From contig JBGCEJ010000010.1 in assembly GCA_045106235.1 (NCBI GenBank), positions 72,991-136,990 on the forward strand: DNA of 64,000 bases, in the 5' to 3' direction. This stretch comes from Myxococcota bacterium (GTDB lineage: Bacteria > Myxococcota_A > UBA9160 > UBA4427). Of this stretch, positions 37,059-46,743 are shown piece by piece. How positions within the stretch are numbered: position 1 is the first letter of the stretch; each line of letters starts with the position of its first letter. Under the pieces are notes generated by a model. It did not search any database. It was not told the DNA's origin and worked only from the letters and a program-made list of their open reading frames with translations. The position numbers and the translations under genes were made by a program.

Positions 37059-37117
37059 CGACGAGGCCATTCGCAGAGTCGCACGAGAAAGTAGACTCGG
37101 ATCGAGGATCTAGGGCG

Positions 37118-38560
37118 TTAGCCCCGCGCCCGCGAAGCCGCCGCCCGCCCAATCCGCCGCCCAAAAAACAGCCCATCACCGAGCGAAAGCCCGCTGCTAT
37201 ATCCGCCAACGGCTAGCCCCGAAGTCGAGCGTCCTGCCGCATATAGCCCCGGAATCACGCGATTCTCGGGATCAAGCACAGCCCCGTCCACATCCGTCGC
37301 GAGCCCGCCCAGCGTGAACACCGCATACCGCGCGTTCTCCGTCGTGCAATCAATCGCCGCAAAGGGCGGCGTCACGATCGGTCGCAAATAAGGCTCGCGC
37401 TTTCCGAAGAACGGATCCGTCCCGTCCTGCGCATAACGGTTAAAGAGATCAAGCGTCGACTCAAGCGCACCCGCCGGAAGCCCAATCTCCGCGCCTAACT
37501 CCGCCGCGGTCTCGCCGACCCCCGCAAGCTCGAAGCCGTACTCGGGCTTCACGTAAATATCGTCATCGACAATGAGCCAAGCGCGTCCATCATTGCGAAG
37601 CAAAGCCGCGTCGCCGAGGCGCCCGTAATAGCTGTCCTCGTTAATGAAGCGCTGGCCATGCTGATTGATCAGGATGCCGCTCTTTAGATCCCAGGGTTGC
37701 GTCACGGGCAGCGAGACGGACACCTTGTCGAGATGCCGTGTCCCCGCGCCCGCAGCCATGCCGAGCCGAATGCCCGAACCATCGTCGCCATCCGCAGCAA
37801 CGCGCATGGAACACTTCCGAGCTTCCGGGCGATAGGCGTCGAGCATTTCATCGTTGAGGACGAAGCCGCCGGTGGTGATGACGACGCCGCCCCGGGCGCG
37901 CACAGTTCGTGATTCGCCGAAGGTTTCGAGGCGGGCGCCTGTGATCGTGCCGTCGCGCTCCTGGTAGAGGGCGCTGCAGACGGTGTTGTAGGCGACTTCG
38001 GCGTCGGAGGCTTCGACCTTGGCGCAAAGTACGCTCATGACTTTCACGCCGGCGGCGCCGGGGATGGCGGCGACATGGCCGCGGGGGGCGGGCCGGGCGA
38101 TATCTCGGAAGGGCGCGACGTTTTCGGCGCCGGACCAGACGAGGCCGGCTTCGGTCGGGGGCTCGCCGGACTGGCCGTAGTAGAACTCTTCCTTGTACGG
38201 GACGCCCTGGGCGAGGAGCCAATCGAAGAGCTCGACCGTGCCGTCGCAGTAGAGCTCGAGCTTCGCGTCGTCCCGGCCGGGGCCGATCGAGGCCTGGAGG
38301 TATTTCAGCATTTCTTCGGCGCTGTCTTCAAAACCGCAGGCTTTTTGGAGCGCCGTGCCGCCGCCTAGGTAGATCACGCCTCCGGACATGGCCGAGGTTC
38401 CGCCGCCGCCCCCCGCGCGTTCGACCACGAGGGTTTCGGCGCCGGCTTCCACGCTCGAAAGCGCCGTCGCCGCTCCCGCGACGCCAAGGCCGACGACTAA
38501 CGTATCGACTTCTTGGTCGAATTTTGGGATTGATCCGGCGTCGAGGACTTCGGTCTTCAT
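37118..38560 (-). CDS. FAD-dependent oxidoreductase (3-ketosteroid dehydrogenase/fumarate-reductase-flavoprotein-like)
   Basis: DTLVVGLGVAGAATAL dinucleotide fold, then GGGGTSAMSGGVIY. 480 aa. C-terminal GLYAAG motif. Confidence 0.8.
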   Translation of the reverse strand: MKTEVLDAGSIPKFDQEVDTLVVGLGVAGAATALSSVEAGAETLVVERAGGGGGTSAMSGGVIYLGGGTALQKACGFEDSAEEMLKYLQASIGPGRDDAKLELYCDGTVELFDWLLAQGVPYKEEFYYGQSGEPPTEAGLVWSGAENVAPFRDIARPAPRGHVAAIPGAAGVKVMSVLCAKVEASDAEVAYNTVCSALYQERDGTITGARLETFGESRTVRARGGVVITTGGFVLNDEMLDAYRPEARKCSMRVAADGDDGSGIRLGMAAGAGTRHLDKVSVSLPVTQPWDLKSGILINQHGQRFINEDSYYGRLGDAALLRNDGRAWLIVDDDIYVKPEYGFELAGVGETAAELGAEIGLPAGALESTLDLFNRYAQDGTDPFFGKREPYLRPIVTPPFAAIDCTTENARYAVFTLGGLATDVDGAVLDPENRVIPGLYAAGRSTSGLAVGGYSSGLSLGDGLFFGRRIGRAAASRARG

Positions 38561-38625
38561 GGCGTTTCCTTTTCGTTCACTGCTCTCGTTGCGGTCGATA
38601 TCTGTGCCGGGGGCGGTGCCGAGGA

Positions 38626-39408
38626 CTACAGCCGGTAGCCGCCGTCGACGCTGATCACTTGGCCGGTCATGGGGGCGCCCGCTTGGGAGGCGAGGAAGAC
38701 GACCATGGGGCCGAGCTCATCGGGTTCGAGGATGCGGCGCTGGGCGCTTTCGCTTTCGGCGCTCTCGCGGGCTTCTTCGACGGAGATGTCTTGCATGCGA
38801 GCGAGCGCGTCAAAGGAGACGAGGTCGGTATTCGTCCAGCCCGGACAAACGCAGTTGACGGTAATCGCGTGCCGCGCGAGATCGACGGCGAGCTGTTTCG
38901 TGAGGCCGACGAGGCCATGCTTCGCGGCGGTATAGGCGGGGCTCGCAGCGGCGCGCTTCGAGGCGCCGGAGCCGATATTGATGACGCGGCCGTAGCCGCG
39001 ATCGCGCATGGAGTGGACGGCGGCGCGGGTGCTCCAGTAGGCGGAGGTGAGGTTGAGGGTGAGGTTCGCTTCGAAAGCGTCATCGTCGCCGGCGAAGATA
39101 TCGGATTTGCCCGGGGCACTTCCGCCGACGTTGTTCACGAGGATATCGATGCCCCCAAATCGCGAGATGGCTTCTTTGACGGGCGCATCCGCCTCGTCGC
39201 GGTTGAGCGCGTCGGCGACGACGGGGACGGCGCCGATTTCGTTGGCGGTCTTCTTGAGCGTTTCTGCGTCGCGTCCTGAGATGACGACGTCGGCGCCAGC
39301 TGAGGCGAGTGCGCGGGCGAGTGCGGCGCCTATGCCCCGGGAGCCGCCGGTCACGACGGCGACGCGGTCCTTGAGCGAAGCGATGGAGGGCGAGGCAGCG
39401 GAGGTCAT
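38626..39408 (-). CDS. short-chain dehydrogenase/reductase (SDR)
   Basis: VTGGSRGIG, NNVG and YTAAK. Confidence 0.85.
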   Translation of the reverse strand: MTSAASPSIASLKDRVAVVTGGSRGIGAALARALASAGADVVISGRDAETLKKTANEIGAVPVVADALNRDEADAPVKEAISRFGGIDILVNNVGGSAPGKSDIFAGDDDAFEANLTLNLTSAYWSTRAAVHSMRDRGYGRVINIGSGASKRAAASPAYTAAKHGLVGLTKQLAVDLARHAITVNCVCPGWTNTDLVSFDALARMQDISVEEARESAESESAQRRILEPDELGPMVVFLASQAGAPMTGQVISVDGGYRL

Positions 39409-39527
39409 CTCGTAGTCCTTATATTGTCGGTTCTTTAGCGTTCGGACAGCGGACGATCGTGCTGCGTCACGCGCGTCCGAGTCCCTCCAATCTTAGATCA
39501 GGGAACCGGACTCTGCGCGGCGCTCAT

Positions 39528-39947
39528 TTACGCGGGCGGCTCATGCTTGAGTGGCGATTGGTAGTAGCGGGCGACATCCGCTTCGATCACGTAGACGACC
39601 CGAGTTGACCATTTTCGCCGCGGAAACGGCTTCCCTAGATAAGTCTGCGAGAGGGCGTCGAGGACGACGAGATCGTTATCGTCGCGAGTCTCGACGACTC
39701 GGCCGCGCACGAGAACCTGCTCGTATGGGTTTTCGTAGTCTGTGATCGAGAGTGCCACCCGGCCGTCTTGGAGGAGGTTCTGGCCCTTGATGCCGCGCTG
39801 GTCTGTGGCGATCAGGAGCGTGTCTCCCTCGCGGCCAATCCAAACCGGCTCGACCTTCGGCGAACCGTCGGGCATGAGCGTCGCGAGCGATGCGAAATTA
39901 GGGGCATCGACCAGGCGGCGAATATCCTCGTTGAGCGCTGCGGCCAT
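39528..39947 (-). CDS. pyridoxamine 5'-phosphate oxidase-fold (PPOX-class) flavin/deazaflavin protein
   Basis: 139 aa. NFASLATLMPDGSPKVEPVW and RVALSI are typical of split-barrel PPOX-class proteins. Confidence 0.7.
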   Translation of the reverse strand: MAAALNEDIRRLVDAPNFASLATLMPDGSPKVEPVWIGREGDTLLIATDQRGIKGQNLLQDGRVALSITDYENPYEQVLVRGRVVETRDDNDLVVLDALSQTYLGKPFPRRKWSTRVVYVIEADVARYYQSPLKHEPPA

Positions 39948-40022
39948 CTGTCTGTCCTTTCTCTGTAAGGGGGCTGCCGGGCGTGGCGTTCCGCACTTTG
40001 TCTTACGCCGGCTTCGACGCTT

Positions 40023-40856
40023 CTACGCGTGTCGGCAGCTCACCGAAAGCGATTCGCCGGTCATGTACGAAGCGTAATCCGAGGCGAGGAAGATGACGGC
40101 ATTCCCGATCTCCCAGGTCTCTGCGGCTCGGCCGAGGATTTCGTTCTCGCGGACCATCTTCTCTAAGAACTCGGCGCTCGAAACCTTCTCGAGATAAGGA
40201 TGGATCGCGAGGCTCGGGACGAGGGCGTTGATCCGAATGCCATGGGGCGCCGCTTCGAGCGCGGCACAGCGCGTGAGCGCGAGCACTCCGGCCTTCGATG
40301 CCGCGTACGCCGTCTGCCCCGCTTCAGCGCGCCAGGCGCAAATGCTCGAAAGGTTGATGATCGATCCAGCGCCGCGTTTCGTCATGCCCGGGAGGACGGC
40401 ACGCAGCGTTCGAAACGTGCCGCTTAAGTTGATGTCAAGGAGTCGGCTCCACTCGTCGTCTTCGGTCTCGACGAGGGGTTTCGTCATGCCCATGCCGGCA
40501 TTGTTCACGAAGACGTCGATCCGCCCGAATTCGGCTTCGGCCTTGGCGACGAGTGCTTCGACGTCTTCGTTCGAACGCACGTCGCATAACACCCGCGGTA
40601 CAGCCCGCCCGATCTCCTCCGCCAGTTCGTCGGCGAAGCGCGCAAGCCGGCCCTCGTGGATATCGGAGAGCATGACCTCAGCGCCTTCTTCGGCACATCG
40701 CTTGGCCGCGGCGAAGCCGATCCCTGTGCCGGCGGAGGCGGTGATGACGACAGTCTTGCCTGCGAGGATCTGGCGGCCTTCGGGATAGGGGGGCGCGGGC
40801 GTTCGCAGGGCTGCTTCGGTCGCCTCGCTTGCTTGCGTCGCCTCCGATTCGCTCAC
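40023..40856 (-). CDS. short-chain dehydrogenase/reductase (SDR)
   Basis: ITASAGTGIG, NNAG and YAASK. The GTG start overlaps the upstream stop (GTGA). Confidence 0.85.
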   Translation of the reverse strand: MSESEATQASEATEAALRTPAPPYPEGRQILAGKTVVITASAGTGIGFAAAKRCAEEGAEVMLSDIHEGRLARFADELAEEIGRAVPRVLCDVRSNEDVEALVAKAEAEFGRIDVFVNNAGMGMTKPLVETEDDEWSRLLDINLSGTFRTLRAVLPGMTKRGAGSIINLSSICAWRAEAGQTAYAASKAGVLALTRCAALEAAPHGIRINALVPSLAIHPYLEKVSSAEFLEKMVRENEILGRAAETWEIGNAVIFLASDYASYMTGESLSVSCRHA

Positions 40857-41680
40857 GCGAGGAAGCCGCCGTCGACGATCATGGTCTGGCCCGTCATAAA
40901 CGATGCCGCGGGGCTGGCCAGGAAGCGGACAGCGCGGGCGATCTCAACGGGGTCGGCGAGGCGGCCAAGCAGGTTCTGGCCCGCCATGTCCTTTTCGAAG
41001 GCAGCGCGTTGCTCGGGATCCTTCGGAAGGATCATTTCGGTCGCGACGGAACCCGGGGTGAGCGCGTTCACGCGGATGCCGTCCCGGGCCCATTCCTGAG
41101 CGAGGGTCGACGTGAAGTTGATCATCGCGGCCTTCGAGGCGCAATAGGCGCCGAGGCCGCGCATGGGGCGATGAGCACAGGCGGCTGTGATGTTAATGAC
41201 GGCGGCGGTTTGTGCGGGCGTTGAATTGCTCGAATCGGAGTGCGCGGCGGAGTCGGCGGGGCGCAAGAGCCGATGGGCCTCCTGGCAAAGGAAGAGGGCG
41301 GCCTTCGTGTTGACCGTAAAGATCTCGTCGAATTCGTCTTCGCTGAGTTTGCCAACGGAATGAGGGCGAAGGATGGCGGCGTTGTTCACGAGGATGTCCA
41401 GTTGCGTGCCTTGGCGTTCGAGTTCGGCGACGAGGGCGCGGCCGGCGCCGGGCTGGAGGGCGTCGTAGGCGTGGGCGGAGGCGTGGGCAGAGGCGCTTCC
41501 GCTGTCCGCCCGGATGGATGCGGCGACGGCTTCGGCGTCGCTTTCGCTGCGGCCGGTGACGATGACTCGGGCACCGGCGGCGGCGAAGTCTTCGGCGATG
41601 GCGCGGCCGATGCCCCGGGTGCTGCCCGTGATGAGCGCCGTGCGCCCAGCGAGCGAGAACGCTTCATCCACGCGCGTCAT
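40853..41680 (-). CDS. short-chain dehydrogenase/reductase (SDR)
   Basis: ITGSTRGIG, NNAA and YCASK. ATG at 41680 overlaps the upstream stop (ATGA). It contains a Ser/Ala-rich insert. Confidence 0.8.
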   Translation of the reverse strand: MTRVDEAFSLAGRTALITGSTRGIGRAIAEDFAAAGARVIVTGRSESDAEAVAASIRADSGSASAHASAHAYDALQPGAGRALVAELERQGTQLDILVNNAAILRPHSVGKLSEDEFDEIFTVNTKAALFLCQEAHRLLRPADSAAHSDSSNSTPAQTAAVINITAACAHRPMRGLGAYCASKAAMINFTSTLAQEWARDGIRVNALTPGSVATEMILPKDPEQRAAFEKDMAGQNLLGRLADPVEIARAVRFLASPAASFMTGQTMIVDGGFLA

Positions 41681-42453
41681 TCGATGCCCGGCTGCGGGAC
41701 GGTGGGCGGCCATTCACCGCCGCCGTAGGTTTCAAGAGCGGCGCCGGAGACGTAGCTCGAGTCTTTCGCGGCGAGGAAGAGGACGGAATGCGCGACTTCT
41801 TCGGCGCGGGCGAAGCGTTTTGCGGGGATCGAGTCCGTGATGCGCTTCTTGGACGCGGCGTCCCCGTAATGCTCGCCCGTGAGTTCGGTTTCGACGAGTC
41901 CGGAGACGACGCAGTTCACGCGGAGCTTGGGGCCCCATTCGACGGCGAGAGACGTTGTCGCGTTCATGAGTCCTGCCTTGGCTGCGCCGTACGCGATGGA
42001 GAGCGGGGTTGGGCGAAGGGAACTAATGCTCACGATATTCACGATCACGCCGCCGCCTTCGCGGTCGATCATGTGGGGATGGACCTGCTGGGACAGGATC
42101 AGCGGCGCGTTCAGGTTAAGCTCGAGGATCTTGTTCGTCAGCTTGGCGGAGGCTTCTTCGCTGGGGATGGAAGGCGCGCCACCGGCATTGTTCACGAGGA
42201 CGTCGATTCCGCCGTCGCGTTCGGCACAGCGGGCGAGCCAGGCGGCGGTGGCTTCGGCGTCGCGCACGTCGACGCTTTCGCTCTGGATCGTGTCGTGCGC
42301 GAAGGGCGTTTCGACGGGGCGCCGGCTGCAAGTGAAGACGTGGGCGCCGGCGGCGGCGAAGTCTTCGCAGATCTGGCGGCCGATTCCGCGGGAGCCGCCG
42401 GTCACAACGACGGTCTGATTGGAGAAATCGAATTGGGTCTTGCCTGAACTCAC
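41677..42453 (-). CDS. short-chain dehydrogenase/reductase (SDR)
   Basis: VTGGSRGIG, NNAG and YGAAK. GTG at 42453 lies 7 nt after AGGGAG. The longer ORF-track form would overlap the upstream gene. Confidence 0.8.
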   Translation of the reverse strand: MSSGKTQFDFSNQTVVVTGGSRGIGRQICEDFAAAGAHVFTCSRRPVETPFAHDTIQSESVDVRDAEATAAWLARCAERDGGIDVLVNNAGGAPSIPSEEASAKLTNKILELNLNAPLILSQQVHPHMIDREGGGVIVNIVSISSLRPTPLSIAYGAAKAGLMNATTSLAVEWGPKLRVNCVVSGLVETELTGEHYGDAASKKRITDSIPAKRFARAEEVAHSVLFLAAKDSSYVSGAALETYGGGEWPPTVPQPGIE

Positions 42454-42530
42454 GGGTGCTCCCTGATGTCTGTCTGTTTTCGGTTTGATCGATCGGCTGG
42501 GCGCTCGGCATCGGCCGCCGGCGCGAGTCT

Positions 42531-43334
42531 CTAGGCTCGGGGTTTTCCGGCGGACACGCCACCGTCCACGACGAAATCGCCGCCGGTACAAAAGGAGGAC
42601 TCGTCGCTGGCCAAGAAAACCACCATATCGGCCACTTCCTGGGCGTCGGCCATGCGGCCAAGGGGATAGTTCCCGTAGGCCTCATTGTACTGGTCGTCGG
42701 TCCAGCCTTTTCGCTCGGTCATTTTGGTTCGGGTTGGGCCGGGCATGACCGCGTTCACGCGGATGCCTTTCGGACCGAGCTCGATCGCGGCGCTCTTGGT
42801 GAGGCCGCGGATCCCGAATTTCGAAGAGGCGTAGGCAGTCAGGCCTTCGCGGCCTTCGAGGCCCTGAACGGAAGAAAAGTTGATGATGGAGCCAGCGCCT
42901 TGCTCGGTCATGCAGTCCATCACAGCCTTGACGCCGAGAAAGGTCCCGACGAGGTTCGTGTTCACGACTTTCTGAAAGAGCGCCAAATCCGTTTTCTCAA
43001 GGGGCGCTACCCGGATCAGGCCCGCGTTGTTCACGAGGACGTCCAGGCGCCCGAAGGCGGAAAGCGTCTCGGCGACACCCCGGCCCCAGGCCGCTTCGTC
43101 GGCGATATCGAGTTCCACGAAGAGGGCCGCGTCCGCACGGACCGCGTTCAGCTCGGCCACGAGGGATTCGCCTTCCTCCGCCCGGCGATCCGCGATCGCG
43201 ACCCGCGCGCCTTCTTCGACGAAGCGCCGCGCGGAGGCCGCGCCGATGCCCCGAGCGCCACCGGTAATCAGGGCGGTCTTGCCTGCGAGTCGCGTTCCGG
43301 CGCTCGCCGTTGTTCCTGCCGCGATGCCGCTCAT
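42531..43334 (-). CDS. short-chain dehydrogenase/reductase (SDR)
   Basis: ITGGARGIG, NNAG and YASSK. ATGA overlap with the upstream hydratase. Confidence 0.85.
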   Translation of the reverse strand: MSGIAAGTTASAGTRLAGKTALITGGARGIGAASARRFVEEGARVAIADRRAEEGESLVAELNAVRADAALFVELDIADEAAWGRGVAETLSAFGRLDVLVNNAGLIRVAPLEKTDLALFQKVVNTNLVGTFLGVKAVMDCMTEQGAGSIINFSSVQGLEGREGLTAYASSKFGIRGLTKSAAIELGPKGIRVNAVMPGPTRTKMTERKGWTDDQYNEAYGNYPLGRMADAQEVADMVVFLASDESSFCTGGDFVVDGGVSAGKPRA

Positions 43335-44086
43335 CGCGTGATCACCCGGTCGCCGCGCACAAAGGCGTCCCGGGCCTTGTCACCGTCGCCCTGAATATTA
43401 AGTTGATAGGTGTATCCCTGCTCCATTCGGTAATTCGTGTGCATCTCGAAGACGTCGAGATGGTTCAGGGCCGCTTTGGCGAATTCGAGGGCCGCCTTCG
43501 GCTTCGCCAGCATTTGCTCGGCCATCTCGCGCGCTTTTGCCATGAGATCTTCGGGCTCGGTCACGTAAGCGACGGTGCCCCAAGCGAGGAGTTCCTCGGC
43601 GGTGGCGGGCTTACACGTGAGGGACATCTCACGCAATTTCATGGGCGCAACGAGTTTGGCAAGATGAGAAGCACAACCGAGCGCACCGTTATCGACTTCG
43701 GGCAAACCGAAGCGCGCCGTTTTGGCGGCGACGATCATGTCGCAGCTCGCGACGAGACCGATCCCGAGGCCCATGCAGAAATCATTGACTGCGGCGATCA
43801 CGGGCTGCCGGGTTTGGTAGATCTGATTGAAGGTGGCGTAGCAGGCTTCGCCGGAGCCGAGCAGATGGTCGAAGCCTTCGACGCTCTGCATCTCCTTGAT
43901 GTCGATGCCGGCGTTGAAGCCCTTGCCTTCGGCGGTGAGGATGATGACCCGGACGTCCTGGTCTTCGGAGAGTTCCTTGAAGGTGTCGTGGATGGCCCAG
44001 GTATCAGCGACCGTGATCGAGTTGACCGGCGGATGATGCATGACCACTTCGGCGATGTGGTTCTCGATGTTGCAGCTGATTGTCAT
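43331..44086 (-). CDS. enoyl-CoA hydratase/isomerase (crotonase family)
   Basis: HHPPVNS..., GKGFNAGIDIKE and AAVNDFCMGLGIGLVASCD are crotonase oxyanion-hole motifs. The internal ATG at 44086 was used. Confidence 0.85.
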   Translation of the reverse strand: MTISCNIENHIAEVVMHHPPVNSITVADTWAIHDTFKELSEDQDVRVIILTAEGKGFNAGIDIKEMQSVEGFDHLLGSGEACYATFNQIYQTRQPVIAAVNDFCMGLGIGLVASCDMIVAAKTARFGLPEVDNGALGCASHLAKLVAPMKLREMSLTCKPATAEELLAWGTVAYVTEPEDLMAKAREMAEQMLAKPKAALEFAKAALNHLDVFEMHTNYRMEQGYTYQLNIQGDGDKARDAFVRGDRVITR

Positions 44087-44385
44087 GAGAGTTGCCTTCC
44101 TATGGGGCGCGCTATGGGACCCGCTAAGGGGCTCGTTTGCCGAGCAGGTCAGGGACCGAATCATGGAACAGAAAAAGCGTTTGGTGTCTCGGATGGCTTG
44201 GATTTCTCGTTCCAGGCCGGCCCGCTTCCGGGTGCATCATTTTGCCGCGTTTTAGAGCCGTTTTTCACCGTCTTTTCGGCGCCATTTGAGGTTGAAGCCG
44301 ACCAAAACGCACTATCTTGGTACCGGTCTTCGCAGACCCCGCCTGGAATGGAATTGAAGCCTTCGATTCCGTGGATCTCGTCTAT

Positions 44386-44409
44386 TTCGTCTTCGTCTTC
44401 GTCTTCGTC
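44386..44409. repeat. hexanucleotide tandem repeat (TTCGTC)x4
   Basis: Read directly from the sequence. It lies in the 450-bp divergent intergenic region 44087-44537. Confidence 0.9.
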
Positions 44410-44537
44410 ATCTGCCGAGATCCCCACCCATTCATCTCTTGAGTTGCGACGGAAGTTTGCAGCTTAGTCAATCTGGGCGCACCGCCCGAACAAATCCCTT
44501 GAACTCCATCCCATCAGCAAGGGCCCGAAAGGAAACC

Positions 44538-45743
44538 ATGAGCGCGCAAGCATCGCCGAAGAGTACGATCCCCAAGATTATCAGCGTCGACGATCATGTC
44601 GTCGAGCCGCCGCACCTTTGGGAATCGCGCCTGCCCGCAAAGTACAAGGATATCGGGCCGCGCGTGAAGGTTCTGCCCCGTGGCGAGCCCACCCTGGTCG
44701 ACGGCGTTTGGGTCGAATCGCCCGGTGATGGCGATGAGATGGCCGCCTGGTGGCATTACGAGGATCATATCTATCAGCTCCGCCAGATGATCGCCTGCCC
44801 GGGGATCCCGCCGGCGGAAGTGAAGCCGATTGGTGTCACTTTCGATGATATTCGCCCCGGTTGTTTCGAACCGAAGGCGCGGATCGCGGACATGGAAGCG
44901 AACCACGTAGAGTCCTCGCTTTGCTTCCCGAACTATCCCCGGTTCTGCGGTCAGCTCTTTTCTGAACGCAAAGACATGGTGCTTTCAAAGCTCTGCGTCG
45001 AGGCCTACAACGATTGGATGGTTGAGGAATGGTGCGGCGACAGTGAAGGCCGACTGATTCCCCTTTGCATCGTCCCGCTCTGGGATCCGGAACTCGCCGC
45101 GGCCGAAATTCGCCGCAACGCCGCGCGCGGCGTGCGCGCCGTCGCCTTCTCGGAGCTGCCGGCGTGGCTCGGACGACCCTCGATTCATACGGATCACTGG
45201 GATCCCTTCATCCGCGCCTGCGAAGAAACCGAAACCGTGATCTGCATGCATATCGGTTCGGGGACGAAGACGGTCAGCACCTCCGACGATGCGCCGACGA
45301 TCATGTCCGCGAATCTGATCGCGTGCAACAGCGTGGCCTCCATGATCGACTGGATCTTCTCCGCGAAGCTCCTGAAGTTCCCTAAGTTGAAGCTGCTCTA
45401 TGCGGAGTGCCAGATCGGTTGGATTCCGTACTTCGTGGAACGGGCCGACGATATTTGGGAGACCCATCAATGGGCCCAGGGCGAGACGCGCCTTCCGGAG
45501 CCGCCGTCTGAGTACTACAAGCGGAACATCTACAGCTGCTTCTTCAAGGATGCCGTTGGGATGGAGCTCATTGAACGCGTCGGCCTCGACCAGGTGATGT
45601 TTGAGACGGACTATCCGCATCAGGACGGGACCTTCCCGAATACGCTCTCGATTGCAGAAGAATTGTTTGGACATCTGCCCCAGGATCAGGTGAACAAGAT
45701 CGCGCGCGAAAATGCGATCAAGCTCTTTGACTTGAAGCTCTAG
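44538..45743 (+). CDS. amidohydrolase-2 family metal-dependent hydrolase/decarboxylase
   Basis: IISVDDHVVEPPHLW and ...FETDYPHQDG at the C-terminus are typical of the ACMSD/LigW-type amidohydrolase_2 family. ATG at 44538 follows AAAGGAAA. Confidence 0.8.
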   Translation: MSAQASPKSTIPKIISVDDHVVEPPHLWESRLPAKYKDIGPRVKVLPRGEPTLVDGVWVESPGDGDEMAAWWHYEDHIYQLRQMIACPGIPPAEVKPIGVTFDDIRPGCFEPKARIADMEANHVESSLCFPNYPRFCGQLFSERKDMVLSKLCVEAYNDWMVEEWCGDSEGRLIPLCIVPLWDPELAAAEIRRNAARGVRAVAFSELPAWLGRPSIHTDHWDPFIRACEETETVICMHIGSGTKTVSTSDDAPTIMSANLIACNSVASMIDWIFSAKLLKFPKLKLLYAECQIGWIPYFVERADDIWETHQWAQGETRLPEPPSEYYKRNIYSCFFKDAVGMELIERVGLDQVMFETDYPHQDGTFPNTLSIAEELFGHLPQDQVNKIARENAIKLFDLKL

Positions 45744-45762
45744 TCGGCATTTGGAGGTGGGT

Positions 45763-46743
45763 ATGGCTGAGGCGGTTTCTTCGTCTTCTTCCGGTGGCAC
45801 GTCCACGGGGGGCGGGGTGCGTGAAGCCCTGCCCATTCCGAACGGATGGTATGCCGTTGCCGTTTCGGACGAACTCGCGGCAGGCTCGCTGCAGAACGTT
45901 CGCTATTTCGACCAGGAGCTCGTGGTCTTCCGGACCGAGTCCGGCGAGGCCGCGGTCTTTGAAGCGTACTGCCCGCATTTGGGCGCCCATTTTGGGCATG
46001 GTGGGTCAGTTGAAGGGGAGAACCTTCGCTGCCCCTTCCATGGCTGGAAGTTTGGGACGTCCGGCGCCTGTGCTGAGATCCCCTACGCGAAGCGGATTCC
46101 GCCGAACGCCCAGGCGGGCAAGCTCCCCACGAAAGAATGCAACGGGTTCATTTTCGCATGGTGGGATGCCGAGGGCCGCGCGCCCTGGTACGAAATTCCG
46201 GATGTCGCCGAGGCGTTGGATGCAAACTGGTCCACGCCGGATCGCTACGAATGGCGGGTGAACGCGCACAACCAGGAACTGGCTGAGAACGGCGTGGATT
46301 CGGCGCATTTTCATTTCGTTCATGGGACCCAGAGTGTGCCGATCACGGAGACCGAGGAAGACGGCGCCTATCGCCGTGCGTTCTCCGCGATTGAGATGAA
46401 GACGCCGCGGGGCGAAGTGAAGGGCGGGATTGAGTCGAAGCAGGCCGGCTTCGGTTTCGCCACGAGTCGCTTTACGGGAATTTGCGAGACGCTTGAACTC
46501 GCGACCTCGACGCCCATCGATGCGCATAACGTTCACGTCCGCTACGCGTTCATCCAGCCGAAAGTTGACGGCGAAGATCCGAAGGGCGGCGTCGCTGCGG
46601 CGATCATCCGGGATATCGTGAAGCAGATGAACGAAGACGTTCCGATCTGGGAAAACAAGGTCTATCACACGCGTCCTGTGCTGTGTGATGGCGACGGGCC
46701 GATCGCTGAATTCCGACGCTGGTCGGAAATGTTCTACGCCTAG
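45763..46743 (+). CDS. Rieske [2Fe-2S] non-haem iron oxygenase, KshA-like
   Basis: Rieske motif is CPHLGAHF...CPFHGWKF. Mononuclear Fe motif is ENGVDSAHFHFVHG. ATG follows GGAGGTGGG. Confidence 0.85.
   Translation: MAEAVSSSSSGGTSTGGGVREALPIPNGWYAVAVSDELAAGSLQNVRYFDQELVVFRTESGEAAVFEAYCPHLGAHFGHGGSVEGENLRCPFHGWKFGTSGACAEIPYAKRIPPNAQAGKLPTKECNGFIFAWWDAEGRAPWYEIPDVAEALDANWSTPDRYEWRVNAHNQELAENGVDSAHFHFVHGTQSVPITETEEDGAYRRAFSAIEMKTPRGEVKGGIESKQAGFGFATSRFTGICETLELATSTPIDAHNVHVRYAFIQPKVDGEDPKGGVAAAIIRDIVKQMNEDVPIWENKVYHTRPVLCDGDGPIAEFRRWSEMFYA

Noticed and set aside
35930-37100. Calling the TA pocket a mobile element or genomic island
   Set aside because: I found no integrase, transposase, tRNA attachment site or flanking direct or inverted repeats. 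Only local composition and the broken neighbouring gene hint at an insertion.
44161-44427. 88-aa acidic ORF (DDEDEDEDEIDEI...) in the divergent region between the crotonase and the amidohydrolase
   Set aside because: The acidic run is simply the translation of the (TTCGTC)n microsatellite. There is no RBS and no recognisable fold, and the ORF abuts the rejected long start of the crotonase gene. I treat it as non-coding.
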